Shown: piece after piece, positions 51,850-64,000 of the stretch
Position numbering within the stretch: position 1 is the first letter of the stretch
How the letters are laid out: every line of letters starts with the position of its first letter
DNA from: Takakia lepidozioides
Taxonomy: Eukaryota > Plantae > Bryophyta
Direction of reading: 5' to 3'
NCBI GenBank assembly: GCA_030704615.1
Contig: CM060731.1
Span: 79,856,001-79,920,000, forward strand
Length of the DNA stretch: 64,000 bases
Position numbers and translations under genes: made by a program
Notes under the pieces: generated by a model
What the model was told of the DNA's origin: nothing
The model's input: the letters and a program-made list of their open reading frames with translations, nothing else
Databases searched by the model: none

Positions 51850-54800
51850 TTGTGAGTTGTATCAGGAAACTGGCGCCTTACGAAAAGGGAGTCAGTTATT
51901 GTTCGTGGATGGGATAATATCCGGAACTAATGTGTCGTTGTTGGTGGACACAGGAGCGTCGCACTCCTTCATGACACCGGCAACGGCACAAAAGCTGGGA
52001 CTCCCGACAAGTGACGTGGGGCCTCTATTGAGGTGCGTTCTGCCAAAGGAGAACCACAGTTGGCGACAAGGTTGGCGTTTGATGTTCCTCTTCAACTGGG
52101 GAGTTGGGAGGGACGTGAGAACTTCACCATCTGCGAGATCGATGGAGTAGATCTCATTTTGGGGTTGACCTTTTTGAGCAAATCCGGAGCGGTCATAGAT
52201 GGCCGCAAGAGAGTAGTCACGCTGCCATGTGGGAATGGTGGCGAGGTCTTACGAGTGTCGGAAACGCCCAAATCCGTGGGAGGACGAATAAACCTTCTGT
52301 CAGCGAGGGAGTGGGCCGTGGAGAAGGCACACGAACCCCAGTTTTTGCTTTACATTAGAGAAGTGAAGGGAGAAGGCGATGGGGAGCCGAGCCCAGATTG
52401 GATCAAGGGGATCATGGAGAAATACCAGGATGTGATGCCGGAGGATTTACCAAGCGGCCTGCCACCGCGAAGAGGAGTTGACCACAAGATTGAGGTGATA
52501 CCGGGATCGGAACCGCCTGCCAAGGCACCCTACCGGTTGAGCCACAGGGAGTTGGTCGAGCTGAAGACTCAGCTCAAGATCTAATGTCAAAGGGGTACAT
52601 CCGGCCGAGTAAGTCACCTTACGGAGCCCCGGTGCTATTCGCAGACAAGAAGGATGGGACGCTGCGGATGTGTGTCGATTACAGGGCTCTAAATAAGGTG
52701 ACTATAAAAAACAGGTACCCTTTGCCAAGGATCGACGACCTCTTCGATCGGTTGGCAGGAGCGAAGTATTTCAGCCAGATCGACTTGCGCTCCGGCTATC
52801 ATCAAATTCGGGTGGCGGAAGGAGATGAGGAGAAGACCGCGTGCATGACAAGGTATGGTTCATATGAGTTCTTGGTGATGCCTTTTGGGCTCACTAATGC
52901 ACCGGCGACCTTTAGCACGCTGATGAACAGCCTTTTTCAGGAGTGGTTGGATGACTTTGTGATCGTGTACATCGACGACATCTTGGTGTACTCGAAAACA
53001 AAGAGGAACACCTGGAGCACCTCAAAAGGGTGTTCCAAAAGTTGTGAGAAGGGAAGTTGTATGCCAAAGCTTCAAAGTGCGAATTTGGGGTCACGAAAGT
53101 GGAGTTCTTGGGGCATGTGATTACACAGGATGGGATCAAAATGGATGACAGAAAGGTGAAGGCGATCTTGGACTGGGAGCCTCCGACTTCGGTCCCGGGA
53201 GTGCGTTCCTTCCTAGGACTTGCCTCCTATTACCGGAAATATGTGAGAAATTTCGCCAAGATCGCGGGGCCGCTGTCGGACCTTCTGTGTAAATCTAAAG
53301 TCTGGGCATGGAACACCTTTTGTGGCCAAGCTTTTGCTGAATTGAAGCAGCGGATGGCGGAAGCTCCAGTCTTGAAAATCCCGGAGTTCGATCGTCCGTT
53401 CGAGATACATACAGATGCGTCGGACTTCGCGATTGGGGGTGTACTGATGCAAGATGGACGTCCAGTGGCTTACGAAAGTAAGAAACTGAATGAAGTGGAG
53501 CGACGGTGGCCGACGCACGAGAAAGAGATGAAGGCGGTGGTGGTGCACTGTCTTGAGCTCTGGCGCCACTATGTTGGTTCCAACCCAGTGAAGGTGTTCA
53601 CGGACAATGTCACGGTGAAGTATTTTGCCACGCAGCCCAAGTTGTCCCCAAAACAACTTAGGTGTCAAGATACTTTGGCGGTGTTCGACGTGGATATCCA
53701 GTACAAACCGGGACGAGACAACGTGGTGGCCGATGCTTTAAGTAGAAAGCAGCAGCTTGTTGGTGTACAAGGGCGAGACGGCGCTCCAAAGGAAGATCCG
53801 GAAGGCTTGCCGGAAGGATGAGCTGGCAAAGTCCGTGATGTAGGACTTGAGAATGGGGGTTAAATCGCAGTTCCACTTGCAAAATGGGTTGCTCCGGTAT
53901 AAGCAAAAGCGTCTCTACATGCCGAAGGGAGGGATCAGAGATAGCCTCTTGAGAGAATGCCATGATAGCCCGCTTGCGGGCCACGGCGGAGCCAAGCGCA
54001 CTGCGGCACTCTTGAAGAAAGAGTATTTCTGGCCCAAACTGAGGGAGGAGGCGGAGGAGTATGTCAAGACATGCACCACATGCCAACAAAACCGGAGCGA
54101 GTACAAAAAGCAAGCGGGGCTGTTACAACCCTTGCCGATTCCAGAGGGGACTTGGGAAAACGTCTCGATGGATTTCATGACTGCTATGCCGCTGTCAAAA
54201 GGATTCGATGCAATCATGGTGGTGGTGGATAGGTTCAGTAAAATGGGCCATTTCATCCCCACCAAGGAGACGGCAACGGCGCAAGAGACAGGGCGACTTT
54301 ACTTCGCCCACGTCTTAAAGCATCATGGAGTCCCAAAGGATATTGTCTCGGACCGCGATCCAAAGTTTACGAGTAAATTCTGGAGAGCACTTTGGAAGAA
54401 GATGGGGACGAGGCTGAAGATGAGCACCGCCTTTCGACCTACGACCGACGGCCAAACAGAAAGAGTGAATTCCGTAGTGAAGCAGATCTTGCGGAATTAC
54501 GTGTCGGCAGACCAAACAGACTGGGTGGAACACTTAGACGCGGCAGAGTTCTGTTATAATAACACAGAACACTCCGCAACGGGAGTTTCCCCTTTCGTAT
54601 TGGTCTATGGAAAAGCACCTCTGGTGCCGACAAGTTGGGCCGCCCAGGACGTTGAGGAACCGGCAGTAGCGGTGGTACTAGAAGAACGCGAGCGTTTGTT
54701 GAAGCTCGCAAAGTACAACATTGCCAAAGCTAGGAAACGGTATGAAAGGCAGGCGAATCGGAAGCGGAGGGAAGTGAAGTTTGAGGCAGGCACGGAGGTC

Positions 54801-55288
54801 TGGTTGAACATCAAGAATTTCCGACTACCTCCGGAAGTGAGTCCGAAGTTTGTACCTCCGTATGCGGGACCTTTCGCATTCGGAAGGTTATGAATGAGGA
54901 TGTGTATGAATTGGAGCTACCGGCAAACAGCAAGGTGCACCCAGTATTCCATGTCTCCCTTTTGAAGCCTTACTTCAAAGATGAAGCGCGCCCGAATCGG
55001 CATCAAGTGTTGCGTCCGCCACCTATGCTGTTGGATCATGAAAATGAACCTGAGTACGAGGTGGAGGCAATACTTAAGTCGAGGAGGTTCAAGAACCGAG
55101 AAACGGAGTATCTCGTCAAATGGAAGGGCTATCATCTTGTGGAGGCATCTTGGGTACGTGCCTCAGAAATGGGAAACGCATCCGAGGCGGTTGCAGTTTT
55201 CGAAGGGCGACCTAAAAGCGGAAGAAGCGTTGATGGGGACATCAACCTTGGAGCGTGGGGGAGGAAATGCATGCTTAGCCCGGCTTAG
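51850..55288 (+). CDS. pol: Pol (protease, RT, RNase H, integrase, chromodomain) split by several frameshifts
   Basis: [79 protein letters not shown]. Confidence 0.93.
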
Positions 55289-56962
55289 CTAGCTTAGGAA
55301 TCCGATTGCAAAAACTTGTATTGTACAAAAACTTGTTATAAAGGAAATGGGTTCCAAATTCTGTGAGCCCTATTTTGTTTGGAATGGTGATGCATGGTGT
55401 GGTTGGCTAGTGTGTAGAATGCATGCTAGCTTACAAAAGTGGAGAGGTAAATTGGGTTAATCGTGTATTTGCGTAGTGCCAAAATCGGGTGACCCCCATC
55501 CAAGGGGCAAGGAAACTTGCGCCTTCTTTGGGAGTTCACGTGCTAGTGCGCACCTGGCGCGTGCGCGTACTATAACTGCGCTACCGAGGGGGTTGCCTTG
55601 TAGTGCGGGTTAACGCGGAAGCTACGTGCTTCCGTTCACGTACTATAATCATGTAGCCTCGGGACGAAGCCGTAGTGCGGCTTCGGCGTGTTCCCGTACC
55701 TCAGGCCAGCATTCCAAGGCGGACCCAATTGTAGTGATTGGGGCGCACGGTTTGTTCAAGGTTATCTTCCTAGTCAAAGAGGGTTCCAGTGAACCCTTGC
55801 TCAAGGTGATGCCAAAAGCGGCATCATGAGCGGTCGCAAGCAATGTTGTTGCAGTAAGGCGATTCGATCCTCGGGAGGATCGTTCCTTGGCCTTGAAGTA
55901 GGCCAAGAAGAGTGCACTGGGAGGAGCTGGAGAGGCTCCACCCTTGGCCGGGACTTGGAGGAAGTCGGCCGAACTAGCTAGTGGAGAGTAGAGTCAAGTG
56001 TGGGGTTTGGTTCTTTGCCATGGGACGCCATGGTACGGAAACAAACTCCTTGATGTGGGACGCCACAACTTGGATGTTCGTTTCTACAAAATGAACAAGT
56101 CGATGAGGACATCGACTCCCTGTTGGTAGGGGTGTGTGTCGCGGGCCTTTGCCTTGAGGGCAGGGGGTCGGGACACATGAGGGGCTGCCCCTGTGGTGGG
56201 GGCAGCGGCAGCGATAGGTATGGGGGGCTGAAGCACCCTTGAGTGCCCAAGGCACTCAGGGAAGCGGAGGCGCTCACTAGGTGGAGCCCCGCACACCGGG
56301 TTGCGGTGGGGGTGGCTCCACAAGGGGTGGTGGTAGCTTAGCGAGACTTAGTGGGGGTGGCATAGGACTCACCATGGGGCGGAGACCTCGTGGTGGGAGT
56401 CGTGGGGAGTCTTGGGACTCATCACGGTCCATAGGGGCCGTGGTGAGCGGGCCAAGACTCACCGCGACTCATCACCGGGAGTCGAGGGTTTTCGTGGTGG
56501 TTCGCCATAAAATGGCATGGCTGGTTGTGAAACCCCCGCGGACAGCTACAGAAGTATATATAGGGAGTAGTAACCCCGAGAACGGTGCAAGCCCGTTGAT
56601 GACCAAAAACTAGTGAGTAAGCGAGCGAGCCGGAAAGCGACCAAAGAGTGGGGAGCTGTTCCGGACTGCCATCTACCAAAGGGAATTCTCCTAGTCCCAA
56701 ATAGGTGGAGGGTTTAGGGAAGCGAAGGGGGACCGTTATGCCCCGGTGAGCAGCCGAAGCTCCAAGTTGGCCCGGGCGGCCAGGTTGGGAGTCAGGCGCG
56801 CGCATCGAAGCGAGTAACTATGACTTGAAGGGGAGCTTACCGAAGTGAGGTGCGCGACAGTCTGCTATAGTACGGGGATGGTCCAGTCCGTTGCGAGGTA
56901 CCTGACGTTGTTTTGTTTTTTATTTCCTATACCAGAATGAACGAGCGTGTATTCGGGAGGCC

Positions 56963-58820
56963 ATGTTGGTTTGGTGGACACCGAGCAGGGACCCGCCTTT
57001 AGGAATAGATGTTGTGAGCCGGGAAGTGGAGCGGGTGCGGGAGTACATACTTTTTAAGTATCCTGGCTCGGCTGGTGCCATAGCAGCATTGTACTCTGGA
57101 GACGTCGAATGCAATGAGAGTCCTGTCAACACCACAGTGGCTGCTATGTCGGTGGACACAGTGCCAAGCCCATTTGACATCCACCAGACTCCCACCCACT
57201 AGACGGATGTCCAGCATACTCCCATCCACTAGGAGACACAAACACCCAGCCAGCAGACTGCGATTCATCAGACTGCTGTTGAGAAGACGCCGATCCACCA
57301 GACTGTGTTACAGCAGACTCCCATGCATCTACTCCTACCTAGCAGACTCCTAGCCAGCGGACTCCCATTCTCACTTCCACCACGGGCCTCTTTTGAGTTT
57401 GGCACTCGCCATTGTCGACAATTGATCCGGGAGCTGTAGACCTGACACTTGCCGAACTGAGGGTGGGGGAAATCAATGCCCATGTGGATTGGTATAATGA
57501 GCTCCACCGCATTGTCACGGCCGGACAGTGGCCATTTGTTCCATTCCATTATTCCATCGATTTTAGTATTGGAGAAGCGAATCATGTTTTGCAAGGCGCA
57601 CAGTCTGTTGCCCTTGCAGCCACGAAAGTCCATAATGCGCCCCCACTGCTTGTGCAGCTCATCCTCATGGATGACCCACGCCCTCTGGAGCTAAGACACA
57701 TGCCGATGGCGCATCCTACCTTTGGTGTGCGGGGAAAGCACTTGTTTGGAATATTTGAAGAGTATTTTGATCGCATTGCAGGTTTCTTCGTTCAGCATCG
57801 ATGGATGCAGTTTGGCAATTTCTGCTCATACAGTAAATTGCTCAATGAGCTGCAGAGTTTGAGCCTAGTACTTGTTTGATGAAGAGGATGATGCAGGTAA
57901 GAAGAGTGTTGTCGATGAGACCTTGCAATGGTTTGCTGCAGTGATGGAGCGAGCAGTGTTCGACATTGTCTTGAACAAACCAGATGTTTTCAAAGTCATG
58001 TGGTGTGGGTCCCCTTTTAAATATCGGCTGCCGGCGATTCGGGATCTCGATGGAGCTTGCTTGAAACGCCAAATTAAAGATGTTGGTCTCATCAGCAACC
58101 TCCTGGAAGGTAATTTTCGGATCTTCTTTTCCGTGCGATACCGTTCTTCTGTCGGTTTCCGTTCCAGTCTGTGAGGCTGACATTTTCGTACTCAACTGTT
58201 TTAGGAATGTCCGATGTGGATGAGCACGTGCAGTCTGCTTTTGATTCCCTTGCCAGAGGTGCACGAGATGTTGTCGTGGCATTACAAGGACTCCATGAGA
58301 CCGGTCGCAAGAGCACACAACAAGACATTGCGCAGCAGACTGAACCACTGCAACAGACCGAGCATGGACAGACCGTCTAGACTATCCATGTCTCAGTCCT
58401 ACAGACTGGGCGGACTAGAGAGGAGACTGACAAGAAGACTGATGACCTGACTCTACCCCAGACCGACGAGGCTGTGCAGCAGATTGCAGACCAAAACCGT
58501 CCAGCATATTGCCGAAGAGTCTGTCCGGCGTATTGCCGAAGAGTCTGTCCAGCATATTGCCGAAGAGACCGTCCAGCATATTGCCGAACAATCTGTCTAG
58601 CGTATTGCTGAACAGACCGTCCAACGTATTGCCGAACAAACCGTCCAGCGTATTGCCGAACATACTGTCCTACGTATTGCTGACTAGACTGTCCACGAAA
58701 CTGCCGACCAGACCATCATGCGCACTGCTGACCAGACCGCGCACCTCCGACCAGACCGTCCAGCATACTATTGACCAGACAGTCCAGCGGACTGCCGACC
58801 AGACCGTTCAGCGGACTAAC
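56963..58820 (+). pseudogene. Frameshifted orphan ORF inside the En/Spm-type region, ending in a 24-bp minisatellite
   Basis: Consecutive overlapping protein-like ORFs at 56963-57202, 57412-57879, 57872-58174 and 58171-58380; no family recognised. Confidence 0.45.
58490..58820 (+). repeat. 24-bp minisatellite (EQTVQRIA-like 8-aa repeat)
   Basis: Over 10 degenerate units of CAGACCGTCCAGCGTATTGCCGAA. Confidence 0.88.
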
Positions 58821-58919
58821 AACGGGCTGTTGAGTAGACCGTCTTGCGGGCCATATAGGATCCAGGATGCATGGTCCGGGATGCATTGTCAGGGGAGTCA
58901 TCATCCTCTTCTACCCCCT

Positions 58920-61900
58920 CTACCCAACCTCCATCATCAGCATCATTATGACCAGTCTCTCCGTCCACCGCAATTGCCTCACCCCCCATGGAGATCCGAA
59001 ACCATGATAGATACGTCTTCCTCTTGGCTGAGCATGCACAACCACCTTCCAATTCCCCCCTCTTGTTTTGTCATCGGAAAAGAAAACTTGCTCCATGTCT
59101 GAAGGCCGTGAAAAAAGTCTCATCGGAGGGACGATGAGTAGGGTTGAGCCTATCTGCATTGACGCGCATGAAACCACAATCATCTTGCACTAGTGTTGCG
59201 GAGGGCCCCACAAGATGTGGCTGGAACCACCTTCCCTTGAAGAGAAGAGGCCGGTAACTTGTATACTGAAGTTGGAGTATGCTCTCATGCTCTCCAATGT
59301 ACTCAAGTTTGCTCATAGCAGGTCGTGTATCTCCCTTGCCCCACACAGAGTCTTGCCAATATGTGGCACACAAGCCAGAATTAAAGGTAATTTTGCGCTT
59401 CATGTCAAGAGTACGAATGCGGAAATGACGATCGTGAACCCAAACTGCCGTGTATGAGGCCGCGAATTGAGATGGGTCCCTTATAATGTCTTGCACCAAA
59501 TCTAAAACCACCTCTCCTTGAGCAACAACGTCATAAACTGAAGTCCGAAGCCACTGTTGGAATGAACTTAGAGGCTGCAATTCCATGGGCAAATTTTGTG
59601 AAGGAACATTCCGGCGGCCTGCTCCTTGTCGTGGGCGTCAAGTAACCGGCCTTGGATGGTTCCGCCTCCATGCAAGTGTCTCCTCCTCTCGTTGCTAAAC
59701 AAGATTATTGTAGCTTGCCTCCCACTTATGTATGGATGGGGTGTTCTTCAGTATGAAGTCATGCGCTTGCTCAATCACCAAGGTCGGCAACTTTACCCTC
59801 TTCGATTTTTTGGGCAAAACGATGTCTTTGGTTCGTGCATCCTCCTCTTCCTTCCATATCCGAGGGGCTTCCTCATCCACCCTTGCCATGTACTCCGTGC
59901 AATAGAACATAGCTTCTTGCAACGTATACCCCTCCGCCATGCTACCCTGTGGGTGCGCCATTTGTCTTACAAATCCTTTCAAAGTCTTCATATAACGCTC
60001 AAGGAAGTACATCCACCGAGAATGAACGGGGCCGACAATCGAAGCCTCCACTAAGTGCACTACCAAGTGCACTTGGATGTCCAAGAAGGAGGCAGGAAGG
60101 TGCATCTCCAACATACACATTACCTCCGCCGCCTCTTTCTTCATGCGTGGAAAATCCGCTTCCTCCAACTCTTTGGAGCAAATCCACCGGAACAAGCCTC
60201 TCAATCTATAGATTGTCTCACGAACCTCGGGAGTCAATCTCCCACGTACTACAATGGGCAAAATGTCTTGCAATAGATTGTGGTTGTCATGAGACTTCAA
60301 ACCATGGACCCCGTCTTCTTCGCTAAACTTCGTACGGAGGGATGACCCATAACCAATTGGGGTTCGGACAGCACTTATGGTGACATTCACTTTCTTGTAT
60401 TCCTCCTTTGTCCATTGCCAAGGTGCGCGCCTATACTTCCACCGTACAACACCCTTTGGGTCCACACCATTTTGTTCGGCCCATAGATGGCGCATGCGAC
60501 CCTGCTCCTCAAGCTCCTTTCTAACACCGAGAGAATCTCTTTTTGCAGCCACTCCCTTCTTTGCCGGCGTGCCATGAAGAACCCGAAAAAGGGATGAGCA
60601 GACATTCTTCTCAATATGTACACGATCTAGAAGATGGCGAATCTTCAGGTCCTACATATATCCTCATCCACAAATACTTACACAATTTTTTTTTACGTGA
60701 AAGTGACAATGCAACGCATACCAAATGTGCAATATCACTGTTCACATGCATGCATAGGGATATTGACGGTGTTTTTGTGGAATATGTACCGCCCAATATG
60801 ACAACTTGTAGAAGATTGAAAGTCGTTTCATGCCGGGCACGTCCACTTCACCGTCCGTGCCCGCATGGGCCTCCTTCCATCGATCCTCCCAAAACTGCCC
60901 GGATGGTGTCATAGGGGGGGGGGGGGGACGTACTTCCTCTTTGCCATCAAACAAGTGTTTCTCTCTTCTTCTCCATCGATGGCTCATAGGAAGAAATTTG
61001 CGGTAGTTGGGATACACCATCTTATGAAGATGGTGGGAGCCATGTGCATCAAGATCGCCACAATGCAAGCATGCATGGTACCCTTTGGTGCTTAGTCCCG
61101 AGCAAACAGTTAGTCATGTACTACACATCCCGCCACATTAGCAAAGATAAAAAGTTGTCATGTGCATGGCCCATAATGTCATCTACCCCACTACGGTGCA
61201 CAAGACTGTCGCCGCTACTTCAATCAATCCCAATCCTCATCGAAATAATCCGGCATTGACAAGTGAATGTACACGAGTTGTTCATGGGGAACATAATATA
61301 CCTGGATAATCATGCATTGTCCAAAGCAAGATGTCTCTCATCTGAAAAGATCCGGCCATAGGGTCAAGTGAAGCATCCAATGCCGAGACCCCCCTCCATA
61401 GCTCCTTAAGTTCATCAACAAGAGGTCGCAAGTACGTGTCCATGTTTGCCACTTGTTTTTTCCCTATGAGACATTCCCATCATTGTTTCAATGCTCCACC
61501 AATATGCAAATTATACTACAAAATGAATTACACGTCTTACTCCATGATTATGTCACTCATCAATCTTGCATCCGAATTGCGTCAGAGATCAGAAGTTTAA
61601 TGTAAAGTCCAAGGCAATAATAAACATGAAATGAGTACACTCACCTGGCACAATGGCAGCCAACATGATATGGCTTTTTTTAATTGAAAGATACAGAGGG
61701 ATGTTGTAATTCACCATGGTCACCGGCCAAGTGGAATGACTACATGACTGGACAGAGAATGGGTTGACCCCATCCGAGGAGAAGCCGAGGTGGACATGTC
61801 GTGGGTCCTCCAAGAGAAAAAGCCACATCTCTTCAATATGCCTCCATGCTTATGAATCTTGTGGCCCGCACACCTTTCCCGGGGGGCTCCGATGTGAGGC

Positions 61901-62780
61901 GTGTCATCTCATGAGTCAAGCCAATTCGAGGCTTCGGTACTGTGCCCTCAATCGCGGGATGATCGGAAAGTAATGCATTTTCTAGGATGAAATACCCCAC
62001 GCCCCCCACAGGTAATCATCCCATTATCACACATAATACAACACCCTTATGCCTTTCCCTTTATGCAGCCTCTCCCTCATTTGGGCGTGAATGGTCAAAA
62101 CCGAACGTCGCTCCTTCCACTCCTCACTCACTCCTTCTAAAACCACAATCAGATCTTGCATGAGTACTACTCTCTCAACCCTAAACTTTGTGGAATACAC
62201 TTTACATGCATTGAGAAGATTAAATAAAATAATTTCCATGCGAGGGGGAATGACGCTTATACCTTGCGTGGTACTTTTTTCCCTTGGACATCATCCCGAT
62301 ATCGGTCTTTCCTCTGGGCACTTGGTGAGACGCAAATCCTCTCCGTAGTATAGGGTTTTATCACATGGACATGCATGAAAAATCTTATAGTGCATCCCCA
62401 CAGAGTCCAAGACTTCGCGCGCCTCTTTCCGCGACCGTGGCATCTTGCGGTTTCAAGTGTGGAGCAATGATGTAGTCTGCAATAGTTTGCATTATGACAG
62501 ACATCCCAACATTACTTATGCCAAATCGAATTTGAAGATTGAGCAAAAGTAAGATTGTTGAAAGTCGACTCACTTTCGCCCTTTCGTACAAGGGAGTTCT
62601 CGCCTCCCTCTCCATGTCATTTGAGGGGGCCATTTCAGGATCATCGATTGGTCGGGTTCCCTCTCCATGGGATGCATCAGCGCCCACATGATGCATTAAG
62701 AGATCCTCCATGGCTTGCACATCCTCCTGGTTAATTCCATGCTCATTGTTGTTGTCATTGTCATTGTCACTGTCATCGTA
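58920..62780 (-). pseudogene. CACTA/En-Spm TnpD transposase (Transposase_21, DUF4218, DUF4216), intron-containing and degenerate
   Basis: ARTPLY, HACPCD, YFPIIPRL, DPRHVHLGFSSDGVNPF..STWPV, MDTYLRPLVDELKELW, YRKFLPMSHRWR, GLKSHDNH, GPVHSRWMYFLERYMK, DDCGF. Confidence 0.93.
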
Positions 62781-63273
62781 ATCGGAGGTCCCAATCATCC
62801 CCGGGGAACTCGTAAGATGCAAATAGTTCGCTGCCAGCCCTAATAGTCCTACTAGCACATGTCATCACAAACATGTGCATCCCCTCACAGTATACCGACG
62901 TATGACCACAAAAGCTCTCATGCCCATCGCTTCGCTCGTCCCATACTACATTGGTTCTCCTAGGATGACCAAAAGAACTGTTGACCAGCCCAACAACATT
63001 GCCGAAGATGTCGGGGTCACCATCACAAAATCTGATCTCGATGGGAGACAACCCCCGTCTACGTACATCCTGTCTTTTGACACACAAAGGTAGGATATAT
63101 GGGGCTTCGAGGCGTAATGTACAAAACTCCGCGGAGGTGTAGTGAAACGAGTCCACCATGTTGTTTCTCCGTGGATGAACCACAATATCATTGACCGTGA
63201 ATAAACCCCGACCCATAGCAGGGTCTGTAGCAGCTCTCACAACATACCGTCTCCCCCAATACTCGAACTCCAC
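62773..63273 (-). CDS. SET-domain-like ORF abutting the TnpD N-terminus
   Basis: MGRGLFT (SET motif I), GNVVGLVNSS..TNVVW (NHS..PN-like) and ASRTIRAGSELFASY (A.RDI..GEEL..Y motif). Confidence 0.72.
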   Translation of the reverse strand: MEFEYWGRRYVVRAATDPAMGRGLFTVNDIVVHPRRNNMVDSFHYTSAEFCTLRLEAPYILPLCVKRQDVRRRGLSPIEIRFCDGDPDIFGNVVGLVNSSFGHPRRTNVVWDERSDGHESFCGHTSVYCEGMHMFVMTCASRTIRAGSELFASYEFPGDDWDLRLR

Positions 63274-63529
63274 ATTTTCTCGGATGGGGGTGGGAGGGTC
63301 GAGATGATTCCCTCAATAACGAGGGTGGACGGTCCTCAGTAACATAGTCCTATGCGCTTCCCATCGGGGGCGAGGATCCGGCTTAGGCCGCCCAAGCCGA
63401 AGGGGAGGAAACCTAGGGCGAAGCCGACCCCTCCTAGGGGTTCGGGGGGCACATGCACGTGGAGGTGGAGGTGGTTGAGGATGTAATGCCGGAGGTGCAA
63501 CCGGGTGTACAACGTCCGGATCGGGTGCA

Positions 63530-64000
63530 CACTCTCCACATCGTCGGCGTGCTTTTTGAAGGTTAGCCACGCCCGCTTCTCGGCAAGGTTGCGGACATCT
63601 TGCTCCAACAAGAAATCATCTTGTGTCTATGCATCTCCCAACCCGGTGTTGTTCATGATGTGCTCTTTATGTTCCATCATGATTGGGGCAACAGACAGGC
63701 CTCGGCACAAACATTCAACGACCCAAGCTTTCAATTCTTCACTAATGTGTGGGTGCATAGGCATGGCGGGTGTTCCTGAACTCAGCCGCCTTCCCATGTA
63801 AGGTTTTCTCTTTTGGGTCTGTATGCTCCATGTTGTTGTAGTACGTGAGGATACATATGTCGGGGGCGAGGTAGCTTTGCTGGACCTTGAAACAACATTA
63901 GCAACCACGCTTGTAAGACTCTCCATACTCGGACTTATTTTTCCTTGGGCCTTTATGAAGGTGAGATGTTCCAGCACCCACAAGAGGTCCTCTACGCTTC
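63530..64000 (-). pseudogene. N-terminal fragment of a MULE/SWIM-type transposase-related protein (AT4G13970/AT1G60560-like)
   Basis: SYKRGC*CCFKV..PDICILTY..H.D..HG, HPHISEELKAWVVECLCRGLSVAPIMMEH and DFLLEQDVRNL..HADDVESV. Confidence 0.7.

Larger units (their letters stand above)
49933..56859 (+). mobile_element. Full-length Ty3/Gypsy chromovirus LTR retrotransposon
   Basis: LTRs 49933-50658 and 56137-56859 (TG..TA / TG..CA), TSD GTCTG, PBS TGGTATCAGAGC (iMet) at 50661, purine tract before the 3' LTR, domain order gag-PR-RT-RH-IN-chromodomain. Confidence 0.97.

Noticed and set aside
58490-58820. CRISPR-like array (also considered for 49540-49900)
   Set aside because: Head-to-tail degenerate units with no unique spacers and no cas genes, in eukaryotic context.

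Overview
Nuclear DNA of a non-seed land plant, most likely a bryophyte (inferred from short GT-AG/GC-AG introns, a coiled-coil gene of a family typical of flagellated eukaryotes, TTTAGGG-like repeats and the kinase/TE families). Three multi-exon host genes lie on the minus strand: a 12-exon plastid-targeted FemAB-like/GNAT gene (2281-8014), an 8-exon AT-rich coiled-coil gene (9495-13210), and a gene encoding a helical N-terminal domain, an intact kinase and a pseudokinase (41367-~44500). There is also a DnaJ-type zinc-finger pseudogene. The rest is transposon-derived. One ~20 kb nest can be rebuilt from TSDs and rejoined reading frames: an L1 3' end contains a TIR element (18603-38021) with telomere-like satellite, which contains a Dualen-type LINE (21828-33564), which contains a Pack-CACTA (22205-30298) carrying PPR and OSB-type fragments plus a 933-bp GGG..CCC element. 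From ~46.8 kb to the window end lies a large En/Spm-type region with a TnpD transposase, an adjacent SET-domain ORF, a MULE fragment and an orphan ORF, interrupted by a young chromovirus LTR element (49933-56859). All family assignments come from motif recognition by eye; no database search was run.
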